A stretch of DNA of 5,496 bases from a virus. The notes below the pieces were generated by a model. The model was not told the origin of the DNA. It made no database searches and worked only from the letters and a program-made list of their open reading frames with translations. Shown here in pieces: positions 5,269 through 5,496 of the stretch. Made by a program: the position numbers and the translations under genes. The DNA is taken from positions 1 to 5,496 of the IMG/VR virus record IMGVR_UViG_3300045988_031707; one strand, 5' to 3'. Within the stretch, counting starts at the first letter, position 1. Each line of letters begins with the position of its first letter.

Positions 5269-5392
5269 TTTTAAAATCTCCTTATTTTTATTAAAAGGCC
5301 AAAAAGCGCGAGAACGGCATTTTTTGTTATCAAATCAGAAGGTAATTAAAAATTAAAAAAAGGCTTATTTTTTAAAGGTTTTTCTGATTTTG

Positions 5393-5441
5393 TGTCACCT
5401 TGACCAGTTACTATCAAGTAGGGTAACTGGTCAAGGTGACA
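5393..5441 (-). other. Perfect 19-bp stem / 11-nt loop hairpin. Candidate replication origin (Rep nick site in the loop).
   Basis: Arm 5393-5411 (tgtcaccttgaccagttac) is the exact reverse complement of arm 5423-5441. The loop 5412-5422 reads CCTACTTGATA on the minus (virion-sense) strand. No T/U-tract follows on either strand. It is located in the only large non-coding region. Confidence 0.6.
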
Positions 5442-5496
5442 AGGTTATTATTCTACATAAGTGAATATTAGCATATAAGTTATTTTTGCTCTGAAT
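5442..5496. repeat. Terminal direct repeat, copy 2 (identical to 1-55). Includes a truncated duplicate of the VP3 3' end (5480-5496).
   Basis: Exact 55/55 identity to the window start. Confidence 0.95.

Noticed and set aside
5393-5441. The 19-bp hairpin read as a Rho-independent terminator after VP3
   Set aside because: The stem is not followed by a T/U-tract on either strand (minus: acaaaatcag; plus: aggttattat), and an 11-nt loop is large for a terminator. The origin-like loop motif offers a better explanation.

Overview
This window holds one complete circular genome of a small ssDNA phage of the family Microviridae (gokushovirus-like), not a piece of a cellular chromosome. Bases 1-55 recur exactly at 5442-5496, which is an assembly overlap, so the unit genome is 5441 nt. 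All supported genes lie on the minus strand of the sequence as given, so the mRNA-sense and virion-sense strand is the reverse complement. Going round the circle on the minus strand, the gene order is: VP1 major capsid (5268->3571), VP2 pilot/minor capsid (3558->2758), an 89-aa protein with an N-terminal membrane helix (2747->2478), a 37-aa arginine-rich ORF missing from the supplied ORF track (2439->2326), the VP4 HUH rolling-circle Rep (2310->1366), an 89-aa orphan ORF (1275->1006), a VP5-like small protein (1028->609 or earlier), the VP3 internal scaffold (482->39), and then the only large non-coding region (38->1 plus 5441->5269). Every gene except Rep has a strong Shine-Dalgarno site (AAGGAG or GAGGTG). 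Five observations stand out. (1) A perfect 19-bp hairpin in the intergenic region has an 11-nt loop that reads CCTACTTGATA on the virion-sense strand. This is a 9/10 match to the phiX174 gene A cleavage decamer CAACTTGATA, making it a candidate origin or nick site presented in a stem-loop. (2) A C9 homopolymer sits inside the VP5-like gene. Both alternative frames stop within 3-6 codons of it, while the open frame runs on through a near-consensus promoter and an intrinsic terminator. (3) That promoter and terminator together delimit a transcript of about 65 nt. (4) Four copies of a helically phased 10-bp repeat abut a strong extended -10 promoter in front of the orphan ORF. (5) The 89-aa membrane protein has phiX174 E-like architecture and is a candidate lysis gene. 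Protein family calls come from motif recognition by eye; no database search was possible.
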